Shown: positions 18,647-28,388 of the stretch, one piece after another
Layout of the letters: every line of letters begins with the position of its first letter
How positions within the stretch are numbered: position 1 is the stretch's first letter
Assembly: GCA_035292445.1 (NCBI GenBank)
Contig: DATDQB010000023.1
Span: 89,533 to 153,532, forward strand
Direction of reading: 5' to 3'
Origin: Candidatus Omnitrophota bacterium
GTDB taxonomy: Bacteria > Omnitrophota > Gorgyraeia > Zapsychrales > Zapsychraceae
DNA: 64,000 nt
Translations under genes and position numbers: made by a program
The notes under the pieces: generated by a model
Told to the model about the DNA's origin: nothing
The model's database searches: none
What the model saw: the letters and a program-made list of their open reading frames with translations, nothing else

Positions 18647-18712
18647 TCGTCAGACGTCAGACTTCAGTCGTCAGATCGATTGACTGAAGACTGATGACTG
18701 AAGACTGATGAC
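18645..18712. repeat. Heptamer repeats in inverted arrangement
   Basis: AGTCGTC/AGACGTC/AGACTTC/AGTCGTC followed by TGACTGA/AGACTGA units. Confidence 0.8.
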
Positions 18713-18715
18713 TTT

Positions 18716-19369
18716 ATGCTATATATAATTTCCACCCCCATCGGTAATCTCAAAGACATTACCCTGCGTGCTATCGAGACGCTTAAGCACGTCGATTTGA
18801 TAGCCGCCGAAGACACGCGCCATACCAGAATTCTTTGTAAAGAATACGGGGTTGATGTGCCGTTAACGAGTTATTTCGAGCATAATCAATTTAAAAAAGG
18901 CGATTATATCATTGAGCAGCTAAAGCAAGGCAAGAACGTCGCGCTCGTGACGGACGCCGGCACGCCGGGCATCAGTGACCCTGGTTACAAATTAATTAAT
19001 CTCGCCAAACAAAATAACATTTCCATTACCGTTGTTCCCGGGCCCGCTGCGGTCGTCGCGGCGTTATCTTTTTCGGGTTATCCGAGCGACCGCTTTATCT
19101 TCGAAGGCTTCCTGCCGGTCAAGCCGGGGCAGCGGCGCAAAAAGCTCGAATCGTTAAAGGACGAAGAGCGCACCGTCATCTTTTATGAATCCCCGCATCG
19201 TTTGTTAAAATCGTTGAAAGACATCGAAGAGGTCTTGGACGACCCAAAAATTTTTATCGCGCGTGAGCTGACGAAAAAATTTGAAGAGGGTATTGAGGCA
19301 AAAGCGAGCGAGCTGATCAAACATTTCTCCCAGAAAGGCGTGAAGGGGGAGTTTGTTATTATATTGTAA
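18716..19369 (+). CDS. rsmI: 16S rRNA C1402 2'-O-methyltransferase
   Basis: LYIISTPIGNL.DIT.RA, AEDTR, DAGTPGISDPG, FYESPHR, ARELTKKFEE. Confidence 0.96.
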   Translation: MLYIISTPIGNLKDITLRAIETLKHVDLIAAEDTRHTRILCKEYGVDVPLTSYFEHNQFKKGDYIIEQLKQGKNVALVTDAGTPGISDPGYKLINLAKQNNISITVVPGPAAVVAALSFSGYPSDRFIFEGFLPVKPGQRRKKLESLKDEERTVIFYESPHRLLKSLKDIEEVLDDPKIFIARELTKKFEEGIEAKASELIKHFSQKGVKGEFVIIL

Positions 19370-19380
19370 GGAGGTGAGCC

Positions 19381-19662
19381 ATGAGCTTATCGAACAGATT
19401 CGGGAAATTTCTCGATAAAACCAGGGAAGGCGAAGAGAAGCGCTGCTGGTTTTGCAACAAGACTGAGGAAGACATCAAAGGGGATTATTATAAATATATG
19501 ATGAAGTCGGAGGTTGAGTTTGACGATGTGCCTTTGGATGAGTTAATTATCATGACCGATAAGTTACAAAAGCCCGTTTGCGCCGGTTGTTATTTTAACA
19601 TCAAAGACAGCGTGGAATTGATCGAAGAGATTTTCAATAAGCCGGAGGATGAGGTTTGGTAA
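19381..19662 (+). CDS. Small acidic protein with two CxxC motifs
   Basis: Strong RBS AAGGAGGTG; CWFC...CAGC. Confidence 0.7.
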   Translation: MSLSNRFGKFLDKTREGEEKRCWFCNKTEEDIKGDYYKYMMKSEVEFDDVPLDELIIMTDKLQKPVCAGCYFNIKDSVELIEEIFNKPEDEVW

Positions 19663-19757
19663 TTTTTTTGCCTTTTTTTAAAATTTCCATTTTTTCGCTT
19701 TGTCATTCCCCCAAGCTATGCAAGAATAGAAACGCTCAATAAAGGGGGTGATTTTCC

Positions 19758-20030
19758 GTGAAAAAGACATTCACAGTTTTGTTAGCGGTAGCGGTTCTTA
19801 TGGTATTTGCGGCGCCTGTTTTGGCGTCACCGGGAGAAAATCTTAAGGAAGGCCTTAAAACTTTCTTTATGTCGCCCAAGCAAATACCTGACAATATTCA
19901 AACGGAGTATGATAATAATGATAATAAGGTTCTGGCCGTTGTCGGCGGCGCCTTTAAGGGTCTATTCTATTTCGGAAAGGATCTTGTGGTCGGGGCGGCG
20001 CGCGTCCTGACTTTTCCAATAGACTGGTAG
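19758..20030 (+). CDS. Small secreted hypothetical protein
   Basis: GGGGGTG RBS, GTG start, signal peptide, followed by a terminator. Confidence 0.7.
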   Translation: MKKTFTVLLAVAVLMVFAAPVLASPGENLKEGLKTFFMSPKQIPDNIQTEYDNNDNKVLAVVGGAFKGLFYFGKDLVVGAARVLTFPIDW

Positions 20031-20048
20031 ACAGATTCGTTAGTTAAG

Positions 20049-20083
20049 AAGGGGCAGTTTCAGGGTTGAAACTGCCCCTTTTT
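20049..20083 (+). terminator. Intrinsic terminator
   Basis: AAGGGGCAGTTTCA/TGAAACTGCCCCTT plus T-run. Confidence 0.85.
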
Positions 20084-20102
20084 CTTGTCATAATACCTCA
20101 AC

Positions 20103-20876
20103 ATGATGAAGCCAAATTCCCAGGAACAATCCAAAACAGATTTACATAAAACTCATACACGCTCTGCGATCCGCAGGCGCTTGGGGGCTGGGTATCAACA
20201 TAGTTATCTGAAAGATTTTATCTATGGCGCCATTGACGGCACGGTCACGACGTTCGCCGTTGTGAGCGGGGTCGCGGGTGCAGAGCTTTCGGGCAAGATC
20301 GTCATCATTTTGGGGATGGCGAATCTGTTGGGTGATGGCTTTAGTATGGCGGTGGGCAATTTCCTGGGTACCAAGACCGAGGCGCAGCAGCGCGAACAGG
20401 CCCGGCGTATGGAAGAAAACCATATTAAGGAAGTGCCTGAAGGCGAGCGTGAGGAGGTTCGCCAGATCTTTTCCAAAAAAGGATTCGAAGGGAAAGAGCT
20501 GGAAAGGGTCGTGGATGTTATTACCTCCGACAGAAAGCAGTGGATTGATACGATGATCCAGGAAGAGTTGGGCCTATCGTTGGGAGGCCCGTCCCCTTGG
20601 CGGGCGGCGTTCACCACCTTTGCGGCGTTTGTGTTGATAGGCTTCCTGCCGTTGGTTTCCTTTGTTCTCAAACTAGGCAACCCTCAGTGGATACTTGATC
20701 CGTTTACCGTAAGCACGGTCCTGACCGCTTTTGCTTTCTTTGTTATCGGCGCTCTGAAAGCCCGTTACATCGGCCAGGGCTGGGTCAAAGCGGGCTTGGA
20801 AACCCTTCTGATCGGTGGCTGCGCGGCCGCCCTTGCCTATACGGCTGGTGTGTTCTTAAAAGACATCGTTCAATGA
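20103..20876 (+). CDS. VIT1/CCC1 family Fe/Mn transporter
   Basis: YGAIDG.VTTFAVVSG, ANL..DGFSMA, E.EE...Y/F and M..EELG motifs. Confidence 0.92.
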   Translation: MMKPNSQEQSKTDLHKTHTRSAIRRRLGAGYQHSYLKDFIYGAIDGTVTTFAVVSGVAGAELSGKIVIILGMANLLGDGFSMAVGNFLGTKTEAQQREQARRMEENHIKEVPEGEREEVRQIFSKKGFEGKELERVVDVITSDRKQWIDTMIQEELGLSLGGPSPWRAAFTTFAAFVLIGFLPLVSFVLKLGNPQWILDPFTVSTVLTAFAFFVIGALKARYIGQGWVKAGLETLLIGGCAAALAYTAGVFLKDIVQ

Positions 20877-20905
20877 TTTTGGCGGCTGTCACCGGGATAA
20901 TTCCC

Positions 20906-20934
20906 TTGACAATCCCGCCAACAAGTGTTATATT
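20906..20934 (+). promoter_or_regulatory. sigma70-type promoter of the pyr operon
   Basis: TTGACA-N17-TATATT with an extended TG. Confidence 0.7.
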
Positions 20935-20949
20935 TTTGGCAATCATTAA

Positions 20950-21055
20950 CCTTTAAAACGGTCCAGAGAGATCGTAAAGGGCAGGTAGATGAAGACTAAA
21001 AAGTTTCTCTACAATCAAATCAACACATCTCAAACGTACGGGGATGTGTTTTTTT
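20950..21055 (+). promoter_or_regulatory. PyrR-binding attenuator leader
   Basis: CCTTTA..CGGTCCAGAGAGATCG.TAAAGG stem-loop resembles the PyrR ARUCCNGNGAGGYU motif; terminator AACACATCTC/GGGATGTGTT+T at 21022..21055; lies directly upstream of pyrR. Confidence 0.8.
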
Positions 21056-21070
21056 GTGCCCACCGTTTCA

Positions 21071-21126
21071 AGCCGTAAGTCGTCGTAAGCCATAAGCCTT
21101 AAGGCTTAGAGCTTAGGGCTTAAGGC
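21071..21126. repeat. Heptamer repeats in inverted arrangement
   Basis: AGCCGTA/AGCCATA/AGCCTTA followed by AGGCTTA/GAGCTTA/GGGCTTA. Confidence 0.7.
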
Positions 21127-21142
21127 TCAACAGGAAAACAAA

Positions 21143-21694
21143 ATGATGAAACCCACTCAGATAATGGACAAAGACGCCGTTAACCGGGCGATCATGCGCC
21201 TTTCCCACGAGATCTTGGAGAAAAATAAAGGCATCAAGGACCTTTGTTTGATCGGCATCCGCACTCGCGGCGCCATTATCGCGGACCGGATTTACGCGTG
21301 CATCAAAAGAATCGAAGGCGTTGATGTGCCTGTCGGGATATTGGATATCACCCTTTACCGGGACGATCTTACGCTTATTTCCGCCCAGCCCGTTGTCCGC
21401 GAAACCCAGATCAATTTTGATATAACCGATAAGAAAGTCGTTTTGGTGGATGATGTGCTTTTTACTGGCCGCACGATCCGCGCGGCGTTGGACGCTTTGA
21501 TCGATTTCGGTCGACCTGCCAGCATTCAGCTGGCGGTACTGATCGACCGCGGGCACCGGGAACTACCTATCCGCGCCGAATATGTCGGTAAGAATATCCC
21601 GACATCCCTTGATCAGAATGTCAAGGTGATGCTTGAAGAGATTGACGGAAACGACGACAAAGTGATCATTGAGGTGAGAGAAAATGGGGATTGA
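21143..21694 (+). CDS. pyrR: Pyrimidine operon regulator / uracil phosphoribosyltransferase
   Basis: [39 protein letters not shown]. Confidence 0.97.
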   Translation: MMKPTQIMDKDAVNRAIMRLSHEILEKNKGIKDLCLIGIRTRGAIIADRIYACIKRIEGVDVPVGILDITLYRDDLTLISAQPVVRETQINFDITDKKVVLVDDVLFTGRTIRAALDALIDFGRPASIQLAVLIDRGHRELPIRAEYVGKNIPTSLDQNVKVMLEEIDGNDDKVIIEVRENGD

Positions 21695-22703
21695 GTGGAA
21701 GAAAAAAGACCTGTTGGGCTTGGAGACACTAAGTAAAGAAGAAATTGAAATGGTCTTGGAGACCGCCAAGTCTTTTAAGGAAGTTTCCACTCGCGACGTT
21801 AAAAAAGTTCCTGCCCTGCGAGGGAAAACAGTCGTATCCTTATTTTTTGAGGACTCAACGCGCACCCGCGCTTCTTTTGAGCTGGCCGCCAAGCGGCTTT
21901 CCGCCGATACGATCAATATCGCTGCCAAAGGAAGCTCGCTTTCCAAAGGCGAGACGATCTTGGATATGGCCAAAAATATGCAGGCGATGAATGTGAATGC
22001 CATCATCGTGCGGCATTCCTCCTCCGGCGTGCCGAAATTATTGGCGGAGAATCTGGAGGCGGCCGTTATCAACGCCGGCGACGGTTGCCGGGAACATCCC
22101 ACCCAAGCTTTGCTCGATATGTTCACCATCAAAGAAAAGTTAGGGGAGATCAAGGGGAAAAAGGTCGCTATTATCGGCGATATTTTGCATTCACGGGTAG
22201 CGCGTTCCAACATTTGGGGCTTGACCAAATTGGGGGCACAGGTAACCGTTTGCGGGCCCTCGACCTTGATGCCCATCGGCATAGAAAAGCTTGGCGTTAA
22301 AGTAACGCATAGTTTGAATGAGTGCATAGCTGAAAGTGATGTGCTCATGCTCTTGCGCATCCAGCTGGAGAGGCAACGGGATAAATTCCTGCCGTCGTTG
22401 CGCGAATACGCCAAAGAATTTGGGATCAATAAAGAAAAACTTAAAAAGGCCAAGAAAAACGTTTTGATCATGCATCCGGGGCCGACGAACCGGGGGTTGG
22501 AGTTGTCCGCTGATGTGGCCGACGGGGAATATTCGGTGATCCTCGATCAGGTCACCAACGGGATCGCCATCCGTATGGCCATATTGTATTTATTGTTGGC
22601 TGGGAAAGCACCGACGCTCGCTCTCGCTCGGTCGGTGTCCCGACCGAATCCGCCTTCGGCGGATAAGCGTCGGGAAAGGTTATCGACCGAAGGAGAAAGT
22701 TAA
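21684..22703 (+). CDS. pyrB: Aspartate carbamoyltransferase
   Basis: [32 protein letters not shown]. Confidence 0.97.
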   Translation: MGIEWKKKDLLGLETLSKEEIEMVLETAKSFKEVSTRDVKKVPALRGKTVVSLFFEDSTRTRASFELAAKRLSADTINIAAKGSSLSKGETILDMAKNMQAMNVNAIIVRHSSSGVPKLLAENLEAAVINAGDGCREHPTQALLDMFTIKEKLGEIKGKKVAIIGDILHSRVARSNIWGLTKLGAQVTVCGPSTLMPIGIEKLGVKVTHSLNECIAESDVLMLLRIQLERQRDKFLPSLREYAKEFGINKEKLKKAKKNVLIMHPGPTNRGLELSADVADGEYSVILDQVTNGIAIRMAILYLLLAGKAPTLALARSVSRPNPPSADKRRERLSTEGES

Positions 22704-23980
22704 TGGCGCTACTCATTAAGAACGCAATCATTGTGAACGCGGAAAGAATGGAGAAAAAGCCGCAGGATATCTTGCTTGATAAGGGGAAGATCGTCAAGAT
22801 TGGCACATCTCTTAAGGAAAGCGGCGTAAAAACGATCGATGCCAAGGGCAAGCTGGTGATGCCGGGATTGATCGATATCCATGTCCATTTCCGCCAGCCC
22901 GGAATGGAAGATAAAGAGACCATTGAAACAGGCTCCAAAGCGGCTGTCAAAGGCGGGTTTACGACCGTTATGTGCATGCCCAATACTCATCCGGTCATTG
23001 ATAATGCAATGATCGTGGAGGCGATTCTTGAGGAAGCCAAGCGGGTAGGTTTATGCAATGTGATTCCTATCGGAGCCATCAGTAGGGGCCAGAAGGACGA
23101 AGAGCTGGTGGATATGTTTGAATTGAAACAAGCCGGGTGCCTGGCATTATCGGATGACGGTAAATCTGTGGTCAACAGCCAATTAATGCGTATGGCCATG
23201 CAGTATGCCAAAATGACCGGGTTGCTTTTGATCGAGCACTGCCAAGATCCTCTATTATCCAGCGGCGGGGTGATGAACGAAGGGGATGTTTCAACCGTGT
23301 TGGGGTTAAAGGGTGACCCAGGTATCGCCGAAACGGTTATTGTGGCCCGCGACATAGAACTAGCCAATTATTTAAAGGCCAGGGTCCATTTGGCCCACAT
23401 GAGCCTGCGCCGCAGCATTGAGCTTATCCGACAGGCTAAAAAAGAGGGGATCCAAGTGACAGCTGAGGCTTGCCCGCATCATTTTACCCTCACGGAGGAG
23501 TCGGTTAAGACATTTAGTACCAGCGCCAAGGTCAACCCGCCTTTACGCACAGCGGATGACGTGGAAGCCATAAAAGAAGGCTTAAAAGACGGTACCATTG
23601 ACTGTATCGTAACGGATCACGCCCCCCACACAAAAGAAGATAAAGAAGTCGAGTTTGACCACGCCCCTAACGGCCTGATCGGGCTAGAAACCTCTGTGGG
23701 CTTGACCGTTTCTCAGTTGGTGGATAAGGGGGTATTAACCTGGGAAGGGATGGTTGAGAAAATGTCAGCCGCGCCTGCCAGGATTATTGGGCTGAAAAGC
23801 AAAGGCGTTATTAAAGAAGGCGCTGATGCCGATATCACTATTATTGATCCTGATAGGGAATGGGTATTTAAAGAAGAAGACATAGCTTCTAAGTCCAAAA
23901 ATTCCCCTTTCATAGGATGGAAACTGAAGGGGTATGTGGATTACACGATTTTTGATGGTAAGGTAGTTTATGAAGGCTAG
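22703..23980 (+). CDS. pyrC: Dihydroorotase
   Basis: DIHVHFRQPG, MPNT, KVNPPLR, TDHAPH, SKSKNSPF. Confidence 0.97.
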   Translation: MALLIKNAIIVNAERMEKKPQDILLDKGKIVKIGTSLKESGVKTIDAKGKLVMPGLIDIHVHFRQPGMEDKETIETGSKAAVKGGFTTVMCMPNTHPVIDNAMIVEAILEEAKRVGLCNVIPIGAISRGQKDEELVDMFELKQAGCLALSDDGKSVVNSQLMRMAMQYAKMTGLLLIEHCQDPLLSSGGVMNEGDVSTVLGLKGDPGIAETVIVARDIELANYLKARVHLAHMSLRRSIELIRQAKKEGIQVTAEACPHHFTLTEESVKTFSTSAKVNPPLRTADDVEAIKEGLKDGTIDCIVTDHAPHTKEDKEVEFDHAPNGLIGLETSVGLTVSQLVDKGVLTWEGMVEKMSAAPARIIGLKSKGVIKEGADADITIIDPDREWVFKEEDIASKSKNSPFIGWKLKGYVDYTIFDGKVVYEG

Positions 23981-23994
23981 GGTATCAGATATGG

Positions 23995-24121
23995 TTTGCC
24001 ACAAAATTGACACAATATATTGTGGTTTTTCCACATATTATGCACAATTTGTGGATAACTATAAAAGGGAGTAAATAGCCCATAATTTATCATAATTTTG
24101 GCTTAAATTACATGTGGAAAA
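23995..24121. promoter_or_regulatory. Cluster of DnaA-box-like 9-mers next to an AT-rich tract
   Basis: TTTTCCACA 24027, TTATGCACA 24038, TGTGGATAA 24050, TGTGGAAAA 24113, and a one-mismatch TTTGCCACA 23995. Confidence 0.6.
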
Positions 24122-24238
24122 CCATAAATATATATATTTTAGTATATAAAATGGAACAAAACAACCATGAATATTTTTGAGAAAATAGCCAAATTTTGGC
24201 CAAAAATAAGCCAGAAAACCGGGAAAATAAGCGGCCAA

Positions 24239-24712
24239 ATGGTCACGATCTCGGTAATTGGCGGAAGTACGATAGATTCTAATGTGGAGCAATTAGCCTA
24301 TAAAATAGGGAAAATAGTGGCTAAAGTGGGGGCTATTCTCGTTTGTGGAGGCTTAGGAGGGGCTATGGAGGCGGCAGCCAGAGGTGCTAAAGAGGCTGGC
24401 GGGTTAACGATCGGGATCCTTCCAGGCCGTGATAAATCGGATGCCAATCCTTTCATTGATATAGCGCTACCTACTACCATTGGTTATGCCCGAAATGTCA
24501 TTGTGGCCGCATCAGCCAATATCATCATTGCCCTTCCCGGAAGCGATGGAACAAGCTCAGAGGTCTCTTTTGGGGTGGTTTACAAGCGGCCGATCATTGA
24601 TTTGGGCAATTGGAACCGCGAAGGCACCATCAAGGTCAATAATGTGGCCGAAGCGGAAGAGAAAGTAAAAGAGTTAATAGAAAAAATAAAGAATGAAAGT
24701 GCGCCTATTTAG
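24239..24712 (+). CDS. TIGR00725/LOG-family Rossmann-fold protein
   Basis: ISVIGGS, CGGLGGAMEAAARGAKEAGG.TIGILP, ARN, G..GT.SE; the start at 24239 is my choice. Confidence 0.85.
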   Translation: MVTISVIGGSTIDSNVEQLAYKIGKIVAKVGAILVCGGLGGAMEAAARGAKEAGGLTIGILPGRDKSDANPFIDIALPTTIGYARNVIVAASANIIIALPGSDGTSSEVSFGVVYKRPIIDLGNWNREGTIKVNNVAEAEEKVKELIEKIKNESAPI

Positions 24713-24721
24713 CGCTGACCG

Positions 24722-25534
24722 ATGCCTGAACTGCCTGAAGTCGAAACCATTCGTTTAGACCTCCAAAAAGTCCTTCCAGGCCTTAGAATCACCGATATTT
24801 CCGTTTACGATCAACGTATCCTTAAAACCAACGACCAACCCACCTTTATTAAGGAAATCAAAGACAAAACCATTCAATCTGTGAGCCGGCGCGGCAAGAT
24901 GATTGTGATGCCCTTTAAAGAAGGCGGGTATCTGCTGGTTCATCTTAAAATGACGGGCCAGCTTATTTACGGGCAAAGACTAAAATTAAAGGAAACTAAG
25001 CTGGTTTTTGGGCTTTCTGATGGAAATCATTTAAATTACAATGATCAACGCCTTTTTGGCCGGCTTTCTTTCGTTCAGCAACTTAATGACGATGCGTTTT
25101 TAAGGGAAATTGGCCCGGAGCCTTTGGAAGCTTCTTTTAACGAAGACTGGATCAAAGGGCAACTTAAGCGTCGGCGTATTCCCATCAAGACGTTTCTTCT
25201 CAACCAGAATTTTATCGCCGGCATCGGCAATATTTATGCCAGTGAAATTCTTTTTGACGCACGCATTAATCCTACAAAGGCGGCCCGGCGCCTGACGCGC
25301 GAAGAGATCGCTTCCTTGCGGCATTCAACGGTCCATGTTCTAAAAAAGGCTATTAAATACCGCGGTACGAGCATGCGCAATTATCGCGATTCAAATGGTG
25401 AAAAAGGTCGTTTTATCAACCGCATAAAAGTATATAATAAGGAACATGAGTCTTGTCCGATTTGTCACAGCGAAATTAAGCGTATTGTGCAAAACGGACG
25501 GAGCACATTTTTCTGTCAACGCTGCCAGCATTGA
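24722..25534 (+). CDS. mutM: Formamidopyrimidine-DNA glycosylase
   Basis: MPELPEVET, HLKMTG, GIGNIYASE, C-terminal zinc finger. Confidence 0.97.
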   Translation: MPELPEVETIRLDLQKVLPGLRITDISVYDQRILKTNDQPTFIKEIKDKTIQSVSRRGKMIVMPFKEGGYLLVHLKMTGQLIYGQRLKLKETKLVFGLSDGNHLNYNDQRLFGRLSFVQQLNDDAFLREIGPEPLEASFNEDWIKGQLKRRRIPIKTFLLNQNFIAGIGNIYASEILFDARINPTKAARRLTREEIASLRHSTVHVLKKAIKYRGTSMRNYRDSNGEKGRFINRIKVYNKEHESCPICHSEIKRIVQNGRSTFFCQRCQH

Positions 25535-25537
25535 GTT

Positions 25538-26317
25538 ATGCCCAAACTGCAAAACATCTTTAAGGTCATCTCCAACGAAAAGCTTTGCCCGAAGTTTTAT
25601 CGGCTGTGCATCGATGCCAAACCCATCTTAAAAGACATTTTGCCTGGCCAGTTTGTCCATCTGCGCACCTCAAACGGGCTGGAACCTTTCTTCCGTCGGC
25701 CCTTTAGCGTTTATCGTGCCGTAAAATATGTGGAAGTATTCTATGAAGCGGTTGGCTTGGGCACACAACAGATGTCCCGGATGAAAAAAGGGGATACCAT
25801 CGATGTGTTGGGCCCCGTAGGCACGCCATTTACGTTACCGGGGCCTGATATTAAAGAAGTTGTGATGATCGCCGGTGGCATCGGCATCGCGCCGTTTTTG
25901 ATCCTTTCGGATGTATTGAAAAAAAGAAAAGATCTGCAGCTGACGCTTCTTTACGGTGGGCGCACCGGCGGGCATGTTTATCCGATGAAAGAGTTCAAAC
26001 AAAACGGGGTCAGGATCCACATCGCCACCGATGACGGCAGCCGTGGCGTCAAGGGAAGGGTGAATAAACTTTTTGATAGAATTAAGCCCGATCCCAAGAC
26101 AACGATTGTTTATACCTGTGGGCCGAACCCGATGATGGCGGTTGTCCAGGAATTTGCCAAAAAGCACAGCCTTAAAGGAGAGGCTGCCTGCGAAGAAGTG
26201 ATGGCCTGCGCCCTGGGCGCGTGTTTGGGATGTTCTATCAGGACAACAAAAGGGTTTAAAACGGTCTGTTACGACGGGCCGGTTTTCAATTTGAATGAAG
26301 TGATATTTGATCACTGA
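25538..26317 (+). CDS. pyrK: Dihydroorotate dehydrogenase electron transfer subunit
   Basis: RRPFS, GGIGIAP, CGP, MACALGACLGC...VCYDGPVF. Confidence 0.93.
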   Translation: MPKLQNIFKVISNEKLCPKFYRLCIDAKPILKDILPGQFVHLRTSNGLEPFFRRPFSVYRAVKYVEVFYEAVGLGTQQMSRMKKGDTIDVLGPVGTPFTLPGPDIKEVVMIAGGIGIAPFLILSDVLKKRKDLQLTLLYGGRTGGHVYPMKEFKQNGVRIHIATDDGSRGVKGRVNKLFDRIKPDPKTTIVYTCGPNPMMAVVQEFAKKHSLKGEAACEEVMACALGACLGCSIRTTKGFKTVCYDGPVFNLNEVIFDH

Positions 26318-26335
26318 GGAAAAGGGGGGGGCGTC

Positions 26336-26692
26336 ATGTTTATCATTTTATGTATCCTTATCGGGTTGGTCGCGGGAGTTGTTGGCGGCGCGTTGGGTTT
26401 GGGCGGCGGGGCGGTCATGGTCCCGGCCATGATCCTTCTTTTCGGGCTGACGCAGCATCAGGCGCAGGGAACGGCGTTGGCGGTCATGATGATACCCGTT
26501 TTTATCCCGGCCGTTTTACGCTATTACAGCGCGGGTAACGTCAAAGTGCAGATGGCCGTATTTATTGCGGTCGGTTTTATCATAGGGGCACTTGCCGGAG
26601 CGCATTATGTTCAAAGCCTGCCCGAGCAGACGTTAAGAAAGCTCTTTGGGGCGTTCGTGATCTTAATAGGTTTGAAAATGATGGTTAAATAA
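26336..26692 (+). CDS. TauE/SafE (TSUP) family half-size membrane protein
   Basis: G.GGG..MVP, QHQAQGTAL, four hydrophobic helices. Confidence 0.85.
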   Translation: MFIILCILIGLVAGVVGGALGLGGGAVMVPAMILLFGLTQHQAQGTALAVMMIPVFIPAVLRYYSAGNVKVQMAVFIAVGFIIGALAGAHYVQSLPEQTLRKLFGAFVILIGLKMMVK

Positions 26693-26696
26693 ATAT

Positions 26697-27611
26697 ATGA
26701 ATTTATCAGTTAAAATCGGGTCTGCAACATTCAATAACCCCGTGACGGTCGCCTCCGGGACCTTCGGGCATGCGGAGAAGTATTATGATTTGGAAGAAGT
26801 CAAGAAGCTCGGTGCGATCGTCCCTAAGACCGTCACCCTTTATGCGCAGGAAGGCAACCCGCCGCAGCGCATCGTTGAAACGCCTTCGGGGATGCTAAAT
26901 GCCATCGGCATCGAAAATCCCGGGGCGGATGGGTTTATCAAAAATAAATTACCTTCTTTTAAAAAGATCGGTGTGCCGTTGATCATCAGCATTTTAGGTC
27001 ACAATGATGATCAGTTTGAACAGCTGGCGAAAAAATTTAATGATGTTGAGGGGATTTCGGCTATTGAATTGAATTTATCATGTCCCAATTTGGGCCATAA
27101 GGTCTTGGTGGCGCAGGACCCGCAGGCCACCCACCGGCTTGTCAGCAAAATGAAAAGTATTTTACGCTATCCGGTCATCGCCAAACTCTCCCCCGATGTG
27201 ACCGATATTAAGGAGATCGCCAAAGCGGCCGAAGATGCCGGCGCAGACGGGATAAGTTTGATCAACACATTTACCGCAATGGTGATCGATGTAAAAACGC
27301 GCAGATCCGTACTTGGTAATTTTACAGGGGGCTTAAGCGGTCCCGCGATCCGCCCAGCGGCGGTACGGATGGTCTATGATGTGGCTAAGACGGTCAAAGT
27401 GCCGGTTATCGGCATGGGCGGTATCATGACCGCGCAGGATGCGTTGCAGTTCTTGATCGCCGGGGCGAGCATGGTGGCCGTCGGCACGGCCAATTTTGTC
27501 AATCCGCGCGCGCCGTTGGAGGTGATCGAAGGGATTAAGGAATACATGCGGGAAAACAAAATGAAAGATATCAAAGAGCTTATAGGAAGTATTAATAACA
27601 AAAATGCCTGA
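26697..27611 (+). CDS. pyrD: Dihydroorotate dehydrogenase (type 1B)
   Basis: ASGTFG, GMLNAIG..NPG, ELNLSCPN, GGLSGPAI, VGTANF. Confidence 0.96.
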   Translation: MNLSVKIGSATFNNPVTVASGTFGHAEKYYDLEEVKKLGAIVPKTVTLYAQEGNPPQRIVETPSGMLNAIGIENPGADGFIKNKLPSFKKIGVPLIISILGHNDDQFEQLAKKFNDVEGISAIELNLSCPNLGHKVLVAQDPQATHRLVSKMKSILRYPVIAKLSPDVTDIKEIAKAAEDAGADGISLINTFTAMVIDVKTRRSVLGNFTGGLSGPAIRPAAVRMVYDVAKTVKVPVIGMGGIMTAQDALQFLIAGASMVAVGTANFVNPRAPLEVIEGIKEYMRENKMKDIKELIGSINNKNA

Positions 27612-28347
27612 TAAACCCCAATTGATCGTTGCGTTGGATGTCGACACCTTTGATGAGGCCAGAATTTTGATCGATTCGTTAGCCTCGGTTGTCGATATAT
27701 TTAAGGTAGGCAGCCAGCTTTTTACCGCCTGCGGCCCTGTCGTTGTCCGGCACGTCTTGGCGCGAGGCAAAAAAGTCTTTTTAGACCTTAAGTATCACGA
27801 TATTCCCAACACGGTCGCTAATGCCGTCTCTGCCGCGGTCGCTTTAAGCGCATCTGTTCATGAAGTTTTGGATGAAAAGGGGAAAAAGAAAGACGCAAAG
27901 CAGGGTTTATTTATGATGACGGTCCATATCCAAGGGGGGGAGGAAATGTTAAAGATGGCTGTTGAGGCAGCGACCAAGGCCGCTCAAGATATTAAAGTGA
28001 CGAAGCCTTTCCTCGTGGGGATTACTGTCTTGACAAGTGATGAAAAGACCGATAACATACGTACCCTTGTTTTAGAACGAGCGAGATTGGCTAAGGCTTG
28101 CGGCCTGGATGGGGTCGTCGCTTCTTGTGAAGAAGCGGAATTCATACGCAAGGAATTCGGCAAAGATTTTCTTATCGTGACTCCCGGTATCCGTCCCGCC
28201 GGAGCCCAAGCGCAGGATCAAAAAAGGGTAGCCACGCCACGAGAGGCAGTTTTAAGCGGAAGCGATTTTCTTGTGGTCGGCCGGCCGGTTGTTAAAGCCG
28301 CTAATCCTCTACAGGCCGCAAAAGAGATTCTCAAAGAGATGGGCTAA
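27604..28347 (+). CDS. pyrF: Orotidine 5'-phosphate decarboxylase
   Basis: VALD, FLDLKYHDIPNTV, TPGIRP, DQKRV.TP, VVGRP. Confidence 0.97.
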   Translation: MPDKPQLIVALDVDTFDEARILIDSLASVVDIFKVGSQLFTACGPVVVRHVLARGKKVFLDLKYHDIPNTVANAVSAAVALSASVHEVLDEKGKKKDAKQGLFMMTVHIQGGEEMLKMAVEAATKAAQDIKVTKPFLVGITVLTSDEKTDNIRTLVLERARLAKACGLDGVVASCEEAEFIRKEFGKDFLIVTPGIRPAGAQAQDQKRVATPREAVLSGSDFLVVGRPVVKAANPLQAAKEILKEMG

Positions 28348-28388
28348 GTTGAGTTTTGGGCGGTTAGCTTAAGCCCCAAAGTTTTTTC

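Noticed and set aside
18645-21126. CRISPR arrays at the short repeat tracts
   Set aside because: 7-nt degenerate units with no unique spacers and no cas genes
24167-24238. N-terminal extension of the TIGR00725-like ORF
   Set aside because: Family similarity begins at M 24239; the extension overlaps the AT-rich repeat region
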